This document shows positions 51,586-64,000 of a stretch of 64,000 nt of DNA, piece after piece. The notes beneath the pieces were generated by a model that saw nothing but the letters and a program-made list of their open reading frames with translations, made no database searches and was not told the origin of the DNA. Within the stretch, counting starts at the first letter, position 1. Every line of letters starts with the position of its first letter. The translations under genes and the position numbers were made by a program. The stretch comes from Lingula anatina (lineage: Eukaryota > Animalia > Brachiopoda), in assembly GCA_051362555.1 (NCBI GenBank), contig CM120640.1:28730503-28794502 (forward strand), written 5' to 3'.

Positions 51586-54500
51586 TTTTTTTTTTTTTTT
51601 TGAAAATTTATTTCTGCCATACAAATATCACTACAGCATAAGAATACATATGTATATAAATACATACCAGTACTAACCAAAGCATGCGCACTTACCACAT
51701 ATGATGTCTTGATTGTGCAATGGGTGCATAGAAAGAAAAACATATTGTATATAGTTGCAGAGTTATCAGGTGAGAGTGTTTTCTATCAGGGCTTTGACAC
51801 GATTCCATTTATTGATAGTTTGAATTTTCTTTTTGTCAGTCAGCAAGAAAGTAGATTACAGGTCAATGCACGTTGCGATAAGACTTGATATATGAGCATA
51901 CATTATTCCAATTAGGTATCTCAGCTTTTGCTCTGCATATAGTTATTAATTTCTTAATGAGCAATACGACAATATGAAGACCCTGTAGCCTGTTATCAAT
52001 GGCACCCAAAACTAACAATTCTTTTTCTCTCTCCAGCCGTAACTCGTAATTTTGTTGAATACTCTGAAGCAGACATGTCCATATGTTCTGGACACATTCC
52101 CATAATAAATGTTTTAAATGTTTCGGCCTCAATTTTACAAAAAAATTTTGTTATCTTTTGATATGAGTATTTTTATGTTATCATTCAAAATCCCATCAAT
52201 GTTTTTCCCATACTCTTTTATGACTGAGCCACAATCTCTTGGAATTGACTTTTTCAGCCCCAGATATTGAAGAAAGCTGAAGTTAGTGGTATATTTTCGG
52301 TTTAATTCTTCTGACATGCAAAGTTCCCCCCTAGCATTCACAATATCAGAAATAAAGTTAATCCCTTTCTTACACCAATTTTTAAGACTTCTTAAAAGCT
52401 TTTACCTTCTATCATTAATTTTTCATTGTACCATAGAGGCTGTGATAAATTATCCTGAGGGCTGGTATCGCAATTAACCTTTAGACTTGCCCAAGCATTT
52501 ATAATGCTTTGCCAAAAAGGGTTGAATATATTCTTATTTAAACAAAGGCCATGTCTTGTGAGGAACCAAAATTTATTTCCACCCAGTATTTTCAAGTATT
52601 CCATACATAACACTACATTTGTGCTTATTGTTTTCGTTAAATAATTTTTGTACCCATGCTCTTGAAAAAGACTTGAAGTCGGGGAATCTTAGTCCACCAT
52701 CTATATAGTCTTGCCTCCTTCTGACTCTTTTGATCTTATCGACTGGACTTCCCCATATAAATTTGAATGTAATAGCGGATAACCTGTCGAACACCTCTTT
52801 CAATACTAAAGAAATCGGAGAGATGGCAGCGCATGACCCTTATTTTGTACCGTGCTAGTGATTCCAGAGTAAAGGGTTTTTAATTTCCTTACGATATTCT
52901 TTCCAAAATCTCTATAAAACTCCACTCCTATGAATCAAAAGCTTTTTCCATGTCTAGTAGTAGCAGGATACCAGGTATGTTGTCATTTTCTGTTTTATCT
53001 ATTATATCAACTCACCAATATACACTCACCAATGTATCTCCCCTTCACGAAACCTGATTGAGTGTCACTTATAATGTGCTTGAGTTTTGGTTTTATTTTG
53101 TTTGCTATACAGGAAGACACTAGTTTATAGTCCATTTAAAAGTGATATGGGTCTCCAGGTTTTTTATGTAGTTTTTGGATTTTACTTCTTTTGGTAGACA
53201 TGTTATAAGCCCTTGTTTTTGACTTACTGACACAGTCTGTATTTGAAAAGAATAATTAAAATAGTGTAGAAGGTAATGTCTGATATCAGCCCAGAAATAT
53301 TTGTAAAATTCAACAATATATCCGGGGTCTCCAAGATGGCTATTATTAAATTTCCAAGTTCCTCTTCCCCTAACCTGATTAATAAATTTGAGCTCAACTG
53401 AGACAGGTGAATGATCGGATTGACAGGCAAAGTCAGTGTCTGAGTTGTACCCGTCCTGTTGTAAATCTGATGAAAGGAGGAAATAATCTAAGCGGCTTTG
53501 CTTTCTTGACAGTCTGTGCCATGCATAATATTATTTCCTTTCGTCAGGGTGCTGTTCTCTCCACACATCAATCAAACCGAATTCATTAGCTATATTATAA
53601 GGACAAAATTGCCTCATTTGACTTTTCATTATTCTTATTTTTATAATTATTTGTATCTTTTGCATAATCGAGGGGAACATTCCAGTCTCCTGCCATAATT
53701 ATCGATAAATTTCCAATCATACTTATTTTTCGTGATATGTTTTCAAAAAAGGAGGGGGTATCATTATTTGGTCTGTAAAGAGCCACTAAAGTAATCTTGA
53801 CACCCTGTATACTGATGTCTAAGATAATATAATTTCCATCTGCATCTACATATTCATTGTGAATTTCGTATTGAAAAGAGTTTTTTAATAGAATTATTAC
53901 AACGCGATCTTTTTGATGAAAATAAACTAAAAACCGCTTTCCCTCCCCATTAATTTTTCCAATGTGTTTCAGATTTTTTATCGAAATGGGAGTCAATTAA
54001 AAATGCTATATCATACTTCTTGGGGCATTTTACAAAAAAATCTCTTCTCTTGATATTGTCTGAATTTAAACCTCTGCAGTTCATACATCCAATTTTTATG
54101 TTAGCCATAGAATAACTAATATTAAATAAAATACATGACCATGGTTGGACTTTTCCTAATTTTCAACGTCTTTTAGATATTTAAGTACAAGTAGCATTCA
54201 TCCTCCTCATTCAAACATTCACTAAACCACACATACACATCGATACACACACACATAAACATTCGAGAGATGACTAGACACATCATACCTAAATTGTATA
54301 ACAAAAATAACTTGAAGTCACTCAAACTCTTACACATACAAATGTAAATGCTTATATATGGAGGACATACATGCACCACCCACTCGCTCTCATGACACGC
54401 ACACAAACATTAAACAAAAATCAATTGACATGTAATAAAGTCAGGTTAAGGAATACCTAAGATTTGGTCCAGTCTTCATGATATAACCATTTTGGTAACT

Positions 54501-54935
54501 ATTCACGCCTATACATGAACACTTTATAGCATTTTGATTGCGTTCTTCAACTTTCAATTTTCACCACATTATACTACAGTATACACGTATATATAAATTT
54601 GAATCATTTCAACTTTTCACACAGATCATCATTTATGTCACATTTTATTCTCTATCCGCTTTTCAACTGACAGTATATACCGCAATTGAAGTACCAAGCA
54701 ATTTCTACTTTTTTGTGTTGTCGCAACTTACTTATTAATGACAGGTTTCTCTTGTTATGTCATCATGTAGGCAGGCCCCTGATTTTATTTCTTTCTTTTT
54801 CATCATGATCCTCCTTTTAATCTCGGAGTTTCTCATCTTTACAATCAGTGGTCTGTTGATTCCTGGTTTAGCTGGTATAGGTGGTGAATCGCAACTATGT
54901 CTTCACAATGCAGCTCAAATTTTAGTTCTTTTCTT
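51586..54935 (-). mobile_element. Decayed L1/Tx1-clade LINE
   Basis: Poly(A) (plus-strand T-run 51586-51601) with AATAAA. Endonuclease begins at 54108 (MANIKIGCMNCRGLN...; LYRPNNDTPSFF; MAGDWNVPLD). Broken RT and C-terminal pieces (GGLRFPDF, QPLWYN, HLLWEC). 5' limit approximate. Confidence 0.8.
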
Positions 54936-57038
54936 ATCAGATCGGAGAAGAAATCTCGAACATTCTCGTCTTGTCACTTGTTACAAAGGGAACTCTTTTT
55001 ACAAAGGGATTGTGGACAAGATTTCAGAATCTAAGTCAAGCCAGCTAAGTGTGCGTCCTGACATATGGAAATGTCAACACTTCCTCAAGTTTTTGCAGAT
55101 TTCTCACAAACCGGATCAAGGATATTTGTAAGGACTTAACTCAAAATTCTATCACAGGATCCTCAGAATCAGATCCATTACCAAGTGAATTTCAAGACAG
55201 GTGTGCCAGTCAGGGTGGTGAGGCCCAACTGAGCAATTTCCTATCGGTCTCAGAGAAGGATATTATCTCTGTTATAAAGGGGATGAATTCTAAGTTTTGT
55301 GCTCTGGATCCCATGCCAACATATATATAGTGAAAGAGTGTATTAGTGTGTTATCTCCAGTTCTCCTGAGATTAGTAAATCTGTCTTTCTCAACAGGTAT
55401 CTTTCCATCAAACTGCAAAACTGCAATTGTTAGACTATTACTTAAAAAGCAAGGGCTGTGTAAAAATGTCCTGAAAAACTATAGACTAATATCAAATCTA
55501 CCCATTTTAGGTAAATTTCTTGAAAAAATGGCATGTTCCCAAATAAGCAGCTATCTGGCTGAAAATAAACTCTTTGGGAAATTTCAGTCTGCCTATAGAG
55601 AAGGCCGCAGCACTGAGACAGCTCTACTTCGAGTCCACAACGACATAATGCTTGCCCTGGATAAACAAAGAGATGTCATTTTAGTTCTTCTAGACCTTTC
55701 AGCAGCTTTTGATTCCATAGATCATAATAATCTTCCTCACAGGTTGCAGCATCGCTTTAGAGTGAATGGCCTTGCACTTAGTTGAATTGGTTTACCTCAT
55801 ACCTGAAAAACAGAACACAAAGGGTTTCAGTAGAGTCGGTTTTATCTCAGCCAGTTAACTTGGAGTATGGTGTCCCACAAGGGTCTGTGTTAGGTCCGAT
55901 CATATTCTCACTATACATGTTACCTGTAGAAGATATACTAAAGCATGGTTTGAACACTGTTATTTTTGCAGATGACACACAAGTATATATTACATGCAAG
56001 AGCAGCCAGTCTGCAACAATCACTTCTATGGAGACTTGTCTTGCAGAGATTCGAGAATGGATGAAAGTGAACACGTTGGCTTAAAATGATAGTAAGACTG
56101 AGTTGATATGGTTTACATCAAGGTTGAAGGCAAATAGAAAAAATGCAGCAAATGCCAACATTTGCATAGGAAATGTTCTTATAAAACATTATCAAGTTCT
56201 GTAAAAGATCTGGGAGTTACCCTCGATGAAAATGGCACTATGGGGAAGCGTGTATCTGAAGTGTGTAAATCAACATCTTATGCACTATGGTGCATTGGAA
56301 AAATAAGGAAAGTGTTAGATAACAAAAACCACTGAAAAATTAGTACATGCATTTATATCATCAAGATTAGATTACTGCAATAGTCTCCTCTTTGGTATTT
56401 GTGACTATCAAAGTAAAAAGTTACAAGTTATTCAAAACTCAGCTACAAGACTGGTTTGTCAAATTAAGTGCAATAGTACACACCATATCACTCCCATTCT
56501 GAAAGAATTATACTGGCTGCCTGTGAAGCAGATGGTTGATTTTAAAGTACTTTGTATTATTTTTAAGGTGATCCATTCACAAGGACCATTATATTTATCT
56601 GATCTTATCTGTTTTAACTTACCACGGCGGTCCACACATTTTAATACTGAGAATGATTATATTTTAGAACATTCTGTTTTAGAGAAGGGGTGCCTCAAAA
56701 GTTATGGAGATCGTGCTTTTATAATCTACGCCCCAAAAGTGTGGAATGCCCTACCAAATTTTATTAGAAAAACAGAAGACTTTGTCCATTTTAAATCTCT
56801 TTTAAAGACCCACATTTTTAATTCTGTCTGTATCTCTTAGATTTTTTTAAAAAATATATATATGTGTATTTTAATAAGATTGATTTTTAGTAGTGTAAAT
56901 TTTAAATGGTTTCCAATGAGAGTTTATGATTAAAATATTGTAGTAATTTTAATGATTTTAGTATATTAGCCAATATTGTAAGGCGCCTTGAGATAGAATG
57001 TAAGGCGCCATATAAGAATCTTATTATTATTAATATTA
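54936..57038 (+). mobile_element. Decayed 5'-truncated L2-clade LINE
   Basis: CALDPMPT, FQSAYREGRSTETALLRVHND, LLDLSAAFDSIDH, GVPQGSVLGP, FADDTQVY, SRLDYCNSLL, HITPILKELYWLP, GDRAF..APKVWNALP, with frameshifts and a (TTA)n tail. 5' limit approximate. Confidence 0.85.
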
Positions 57039-57112
57039 TTACAACTTACTTTACATTCAAATCTGCCATCACCTAATTGAATTAATCGTTTTATAAAATT
57101 TGAACACAATAC

Positions 57113-57175
57113 CTTCTCCCTCAGTAGATGGACCTAATTTTTCATCATCATCATCAAGATCAATTTCTACAAACC
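57113..57175 (-). other. Intact duplicate exon 5' downstream of copy E; partner exon 6' at 51333-51424
   Basis: ccag|GG...G|gtattg, 63 nt, GFVEIDLDDDDEKLGPSTEGE. Partner VSKPRKKHILSRIKKFKFWIMTKLRQLIKY* lies beyond the two LINEs. Confidence 0.55.
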
Positions 57176-57856
57176 CTGGTGGGAAAAAAGAAATATTTGA
57201 TTTGTAAATTTTGATTCTTGAAACATTTCAGTTTTGTATTCATCTTATCATTCACAGCAGTTGTCGAAGTATTTATATTTTCGCATTCTAGGAAAATTAA
57301 AAGAACTGGGGAACTTGGTACTAAAGCCCTTAAAATGGAATGTCTGCTGACAATTTCAAATTACAGCAAGATCCAAATACAGGATCATGTTCTGTGCAGT
57401 TTCAACAAAATGCAAAATGGATTGAAAAAATATACCTTTATACCACAAGTACAAGTTTTCCAGGTATTGGTCCAGTCAGAAGAAGTCGCTATAAAAACTT
57501 TTCTAAAATTGAGAATGTAGCTGGCTTAATCATCCTTTTTCAGATGCCTCATTATAATAAATTGTTTAGTTCAGTAGCAAGATTATTCTGATATTTATCA
57601 ACTTGTTTAAAAGGGTACCACACAGCAGATATTCCTAACATAAGCCAAGAACAATCCTCTTATTATGTCCATGAACAATTCAACTCCAAGAGGTTTCTCA
57701 CTAAATTTCTTTCAGCTTAAGCGGCTTAGGATTCTGGCATACCAGTTTCAGTAGGCGTGACAGACAGCAAAGCCACTTACATTGATTGCAATTTAGCGAG
57801 AATTCCCTCGTAGATAGAGGTTAATTTGCAAGGTCCAACAGACTATAAACTATCTA

Positions 57857-59353
57857 CACTCAAGGAAAAAAGAATTGCAACATTTTTTTTTTCGAAAATT
57901 CCCAAGAAATATGGGTACATTTGGAAAAATGGCTTGGCATCATGATTTCACTCTAAATTAGGCTGAAGACAGGTTAACAGATTTCTTGTTTCCGCTTGAC
58001 TAATTGTGAGGACAATAAAGGGTGAAAGGGTGCATTTAGGGATTTTTTAAACACTAACTTGTGTTTGAAACTAAGAGTGGAGTTTTACCACATGGTTAAC
58101 TGTGCTCAAGCCTTACCTATAAAGGGGCACCAGAATGAAGCCAAAAATACACTTCGACCAAGGCAAATGCCACACTTTGTCACAGCCAGAGAGAGATCGA
58201 GCTATTGGCATGCTCCAAGCTGGACAGGGTTGTCTTGCTGTCGCCAGGATGTTTGGAGTCCACCACTCTACCATTGCTCTTCTTGCTGAGCGATACCATG
58301 CCATTGGTTCCTCTAATGACTGCCCTTGTACTGGTCGCCCCCTTATAACGGCCGCTGCAACAAGACCGTACCAACTGGCTGGTACATCTCTGTAACGGGT
58401 TCTGGTCCGCAGCCGAGACCATAGGAACACACCATAGGCCAGAGTCAGCCAGAACCATTTGTAATCACCTCCGCGCTGATGGTATCCAATGGTATCAGCC
58501 ATATGTTGGATCAGTACTTACCCCCCAACATCGCTGAGTTTGGGTCGAATGGTGCACTGCACATAATTGTTGGACTTCGCAGAAGTGGTTGGGAGAGGTA
58601 TGCCAAACCTTGTGTGCACCAAGTGAACTGGTGGGGCAGTCCCAGTGTCATGGTTTGCGCAGCCATATAGGGAAGTCACCAGACAGACCTGGTTTTCATT
58701 CAAGGAAACCTCAATGGTCTCCGTTTTTAGGATGAGATCCTGAGGCCTGTGGTGCTACCTTTTTTGGGACCAAGTTGGGGTGGGAGCACTATTCCAGCAC
58801 TACAATGTGCGACCCCATGTGGCCTGTGTGTGCACCAGCTTCCTGGAAGAGAATAACGTCCATATCCTGCCTTGGCCAGCCATCAGTCCGGACTTAAATC
58901 CCATTGAAAATGTCTGGGATCTGCTCAGTTTGCATGTCCGCCGACATGAACATCCTCCTGAAACTCAGCAGCAGCTGAGGGAGGCACTGGTGGAAGAATG
59001 GGCAGCGATTCTACAGGAGCAACTCAGACACTACTGCCGATCCATGAGGTGAGGAATAACCGCTGTCCAAGATGCTAACAAGGGGTCACGTGAACTATTG
59101 ACAGTATGATGCAATTCCTGCCACTTTTGTTTTTTTTTCTTTTTTTATTTTTATTTATTTTTTTTGGGGGGGGGGGTGCTCTATTGTTTGGTTGTGTGAT
59201 TGGACTCAAAAATGTCAAAACGCTGAGAAAGTTTGCCTGAGGATTAGAAATGGATGTAGGGTTCATATAAAAACTGGTGGATTTCAAAAATAAAGTTATT
59301 CTGCCCACAAAAACTCCCAAAACTGAGTGTTGCATTTCTTTTTTCCTCGAGCG
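57857..59353 (+). mobile_element. Decayed Tc1/mariner transposon
   Basis: TA-flanked imperfect TIRs cactcaaggaaaaaagaattgcaaca / tgttgcatttcttttttcctcgagcg. Broken transposase with HTH (RAIGMLQAG...VARMFGVHHSTI) and WPAISPDLNPIENVWD. Confidence 0.85.
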
Positions 59354-59899
59354 TATTTTACTTAACCCACTCTCTGCGCAGAGTGTGAGGGCTATATGTA
59401 AATTTGTAAACAGTGCAATTAAAAAGCATGCATCCTTGCATGGATGAGAATAGTTTATTACTTAAATTATTATTTTATATTTGTATTAGTTAGAGAGCCT
59501 GTAAATGTAAACCATTTCTTTGTACTCAATAAACTATTATTATAAAATACTGCAATTTGTCTATACATGATTCCATTTATTATAAATATATATATATGAT
59601 ATATACATAGCTTAAGGGTAAATTGACATCAGTATATATAGAAATTAAGCAACTGATATTGCAAAACAATATAATAATAATAAACAAAATGTATTTACTG
59701 TGGTATTCTATTTACATATGTACAAACATGAAAAAAATTTTCTTGTTTACTATATACAACGTGAACAAGTAAAAGCTCTCAAGATTGTTCATAATATCCA
59801 TTGCAGTTAATGGGTGCATTTACATGGGTGGCGTTTCATGCATGCACAGTGCTTTAGTTCTTGTTTTCATTCAGTTTTTGTGAAAAAAATGAAGAACAG

Positions 59900-61861
59900 T
59901 CAGTATCTGATTAACTGCCTTAGTTTGGTAAGTAGCCAAAATTTAAATGTCTTCAGCCTCCCTATGATTGGTACCCTCCTGGGCTTGGACACTATATATA
60001 TAAAGGAAAAACGTGTGAAATGAGGCTCAAATTATATCTTTGAAAAATTTCACTGACGTATACTCTTCACATCTTGATACTTATACAGATACCAAATTTA
60101 GAAGGGGAATGATTAAGAAGAGTGGAAAAAATTTTACATTGAATTCTGCAAGTTGTTGAATAATGAAATAAAATACCTTTTCCCTCTGTAGTTGGAGCTA
60201 ATTTTTCATCACCAAGAGGGATTTCTACAAATCCTGCGGAAAAATAAAAATTGTTGTCAAGGCATAATATCATGGTGCCGTAGTAGAATTGTATTTGTAT
60301 AAGGAAGGGATCTTTTCTATTAGAATACGATTTGTTAAATAGCTTTGCTTGGGTAAAAATAAAAAAAGTAGAATAACCTTTGCACTTTACTTCAGAACAT
60401 TTGAGTAGCTGTCATTTAAGAAAAAAAATTTGTGAACAGTTTTGGGTTTCATATTTACATGTTAGATTAAAGTCCTGATACTTTACCTTGATCAATACTG
60501 CTTTCCTTTTCCCAAAATGTGCGACAGCCAAAGGTAGAATCTGTCTGCACAAATACAGCCTCTCTCTGTACCTTCTGTGGGGCAACAGTACTGCCACTGG
60601 ATGGAAATACTCTCAGGTGGTCAATGCCCTCCACTGCTGAAAAGAATTAAAGCCATCAATATTTATGCTTACTAACTTCAAGTTATAATAAGTGAATTGA
60701 AAGGCATACTTGCATGCATTTGAAAAAAAAAAAACTTGAGTATCTCAACACTGGGTGTTTTGTACTACACATATTTGCTGGCATTTGTATGTTATCAGTA
60801 AATGCATTGAATTTCAGGAACATGAAGAGAGGCTTTTACCTTGAGGTACGCAGTTCTCTTTTCCAAAAAATGCACAGCATCTGAGTGTGGAATCTGCCTG
60901 TACAAATACATTATATTTTTGTTCCTGCTTTGGAACTAATACAGCAACACTGGGTGTATTGTTCTGTGGATGGTAAATGCCCCTTGGAACTAGAAATGAA
61001 AAAAATAAATATTGATGTTAGATTCATCATCATCAGTTGAAGTCACAAAAGTAAATAAGATATGAGTATTTTTGATTTTGAAATATATAACAAGCAAACA
61101 AATCCTCCAATTTCTCACCTTTTTTATCTCTCCATCTTTCTATCATTTCCATAACACCAAATGACTTCAATTTTAACATTTTAAACTGAAAATGTTGAGA
61201 AAACAAAAAATAAAGTGAAATAAAAAAAATAATAAAACATTGAAAAACAATTAGAAAGAAATCATAAAACATCAACAGGTTAACAAATATAATCCAATAC
61301 GAGAAACTAATAATTCCATCTCAATGTAACACATATTTTGTACTAGGGTTCAACAAGTATAAAAAGAACTCAAAGAAACGCCCAAAACATAAAATAAAAA
61401 CTAATAAAATAATCAACATTCTCTATGAAATATCTAATTTTGTTAGTCCTTTCATTCCGTATTTGATGTGTACTCATTTCAGTTCGAAGGTCCTAACGCA
61501 GCATGTAAAATGATCAAAGTTGATTCCCATAACTAGAATATGGGGCATAAGTAGTTCAAAAGCAGTGAGGATAATCTCCAAAATCTCTACTGTTTGTATT
61601 CAGTTTTCTTTCTTAAATTTCAAACGTCCATGAAAGCAGTGTCACCCAAGTTAAATTTTTTGAAATAATTTTTCGCACATATGAATTTTTTAAAGTTCAT
61701 GTCTCAAAGTATGTTTGGCTAAATGCATTAAAAACTGCCTAGAAAGAAAAAGCAATGACTGTGGTTTGTTTATTACAATAAATAAATAATAATAATAACC
61801 ACTGCCTTACATTGAATAAAATAAATACTGACATAAAAATGTCAATACTCACCTCGCTCAT
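59900..61861 (-). CDS. Six-exon gene of unknown function, copy E (terminal, most divergent), 174 aa
   Basis: Exons 61853-61861, 61119-61185, 60840-60989, 60487-60636, 60177-60233, 59900-59991; GT-AG, open frame, in-frame 3-nt insertion in exon 2. Product: MSEFKMLKLKSFGVMEMIERWRDKKVPRGIYHPQNNTPSVAVLVPKQEQKYNVFVQADSTLRCCAFFGKENCVPQAVEGIDHLRVFPSSGSTVAPQKVQREAVFVQTDSTFGCRTFWEKESSIDQGFVEIPLGDEKLAPTTEGKVSKPRRVPIIGRLKTFKFWLLTKLRQLIRY*. Confidence 0.82.
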
Positions 61862-61868
61862 TGAAAAA

Positions 61869-61945
61869 TGCGCAAATCTGACTGCTTTTGTTGCTAGGCA
61901 CGCGCTCTAATGTGATTGGTTGAAAGTTCGAGGAAACTCGTGCGT
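61869..61945 (-). promoter_or_regulatory. Conserved promoter block of copy E (X-box-like 61890-61901, CCAAT 61914-61920)
   Basis: About 90 bp conserved with the other copies, while the adjacent intron 1 and upstream DNA have diverged strongly. Confidence 0.55.
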
Positions 61946-62750
61946 TTCCGTTCTTTGCCTCCTCTTATCAACAATGAACAAATAATATGGATTCATTGGA
62001 AATAATGGTTTAGACCTAAGTCCTTTTCTCAGGCTTTTACCATGTTTTAGAATGTACACTTTTACCTTCTGTATGATATCAAATTCTGATAAACTGTAAA
62101 TAAATAAGCGAACGTAACTATTCCGTGGCTCCGGCCATTTGGCTGGCCTAAGAGATCGCCTAACGTTTTTTTTTTTTTCTCATAACCTTACTACTCAAAT
62201 TTTTCAAAGACTTGAAAGTCTTTTCTTTATAAATGTCGTCAGCGTGTTAACTGTTTAAACATTTCAAGATTTGTATATTTTGTCCTTTTTTTTTTCTACA
62301 CACTACAAAGTTCATGGTGTTCGTCAGAACTTATCGCAAGTTGTTAGTTCATTTTTGTCTAATAAAGGTTTTAAAACCAGTTTGCTTTCATTGGTAGGCC
62401 TACTCACGTGTGAAGCGCTTTAAATTAAAAAAAAAATTTCGAAATTGGTGAGAAACTCTACCACTTATGACGCACTATTTTAAAGTAAAGTTTTATTAGA
62501 AAACTTCATTTGAAGGTAAACACTCATTATCAATATAGTGATTTATAGGCCGTACATAGGCCCATTTAACATTTTTCATATTATTAAAAGTAATTAAGCG
62601 AGCGGGAGAATTGTTTGTCCAAGGGGAACTTTACTAACATCAGTCTAGCAACTTTTAAAAAATACAGAGAGAGGGTCATGTGCCACCCTATTCTGAACAT
62701 TACAGAGACAGGTACTTAAAAATAAAAATAATAATAACTAGATTTATCTG

Positions 62751-62802
<52 letters not shown>
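62751..62802. repeat. Compound (CT)n(CA)n microsatellite
   Basis: Directly visible in the sequence. Confidence 0.95.
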
Positions 62803-62804
<2 letters not shown>

Positions 62805-64000
62805 ACATAAACTGACTAAATTCTGAACCTTCTTTACTGTCGCTTGCACCACCATCTCGCACTTTGAAATCGATCTAGTTAAATTTTACTAAAGCAGAAA
62901 ATCTGCAATTTGTCAGGAAGCGAGCATGATGTTTAACGTCTCTGAAAATGTCTAGAATGTTTGTTTTAAATTACTTAATAAATAGCTTACGCCGGGTTTT
63001 AAATATTTGATTATTTTTTTGCAATATTTTAGCCATTTATAAGATATTTCAGTGACATCTGCGAATAGCTAGGCGATATGGTGACAGGACACGGGTGCTT
63101 TTTACGCAAAACACGGAAAAACTGCATTTTGTTTGAAAGTAGTTTGCAAAACATCCGCTATCAAGCACTGTGAAAAAATATTTGAGGTTGAGGACAAATG
63201 TGTCAGTAAAATAAACGTGCATATCGTAGTACCCCTTAAGCGCAGTCTAATTTTTGTTAGTATTAATAACGTGCAAACATTATCCAAAATCGATAATTTT
63301 TAATATTTTCGTTACTTAAACAGCTGAAGCCTTTACTAAATACGAAAATTTCCCCATACCAGGAAGGCACAAATTCAAAAATATTCTACGATTAAAAAAA
63401 AAACTCAATTTATCAATTTCTGTCACCAGTGATTACGAAAAAGTTGAATTCGCCAATATATCCGACTCAATTAATCGCTTTTCTTTCTTTTTTTTTCCCC
63501 AAATTGTCCTACATTTTGAGAATGTGAAATATTTAAATTATTTTCAAATTAAAGCACAGTTAATACATCAAATATGTTTAAAAATATGAAAACAATGACA
63601 ACTTTGCCTGGCTCAGATTATGTACTTATAGTTTATTTACACAATAAATCATCGATTTGCAATCATATCAATGCATATATACAAAAGCTAGATATATAGT
63701 ATATTTTACAACTCAATTGTTTGTTGTCACCTACATGTCACTAATAACACATTTTTTCAATATTGCGTCCTGAAAAAATCTAGAAGAAATGGGGGTTATT
63801 TATACCCATTAATAAATATACATAAAATATGTAAAAAAATATTGATAAATAGCAACCCAGATCTTTAATATACAGAAAGCTAAAAATCCAAGCACATATT
63901 AAATAACTTATAGTATTTGTGAGTGCCATCATTACATAAGCCATCAGTGTTTTGATTAATTTAAAAAAATAGGTGGGGTGGAGAGAGAACCACCAGAAAG

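Larger units (their letters stand above)
1..61950. repeat. Tandem segmental-duplication array (at least five full units plus part of a sixth)
   Basis: Start codons recur at 478, 14396, 22930, 32591, 46865 and 61861 (spacing 13.9, 8.5, 9.7, 14.3, 15.0 kb). Length differences reflect TE insertions and deletions. Sequence beyond ~61950 is not repeated in the window. Confidence 0.92.

Noticed and set aside
1-61950. Array as an assembly artefact of uncollapsed haplotypes
   Set aside because: Six distinguishable copies with private TE insertions, deletions and divergent last exons exceed what two haplotypes could give, although the exact copy number needs long-read confirmation.
61960-64000. Possible gene or RNA in the unique right-hand flank
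   Set aside because: No convincing exon, ORF, tRNA or terminal repeat could be supported by eye.

Overview
AT-rich eukaryotic (invertebrate animal, probably mollusc-like judging by the repeat types) genomic window. Positions 1-~61.95 kb are a tandem array of 8.5-15 kb segmental duplications. Each unit carries (i) on the minus strand a six-exon gene, invisible to the ORF track, that I could splice by hand into an open 172-174 aa protein I do not recognise: five complete copies, plus exon 1 of a sixth at the left edge; (ii) a second downstream copy of its last two exons, a possible alternative terminal cassette; and (iii) on the plus strand, orphaned 3' exons of TTC1 at several stages of decay. 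The protein has two paralogous 50-aa exon-encoded repeats, an acidic F-x-x-I linker and a hypervariable cationic, amphipathic C-terminal helix. A CCAAT plus RFX-like promoter is conserved in all six copies. Spacers and introns hold many transposon insertions: Helentron-associated HINE-type elements with ~161-bp repeats, MITEs, a 4.3-kb TIR element, Academ-like and Tc1 relics, and L1/Tx1, L2 and RTE LINEs. None interrupts a coding exon of the five full copies. All splicing and alignment was done by eye with no database search, so 'orphan' status and expression are unverified.
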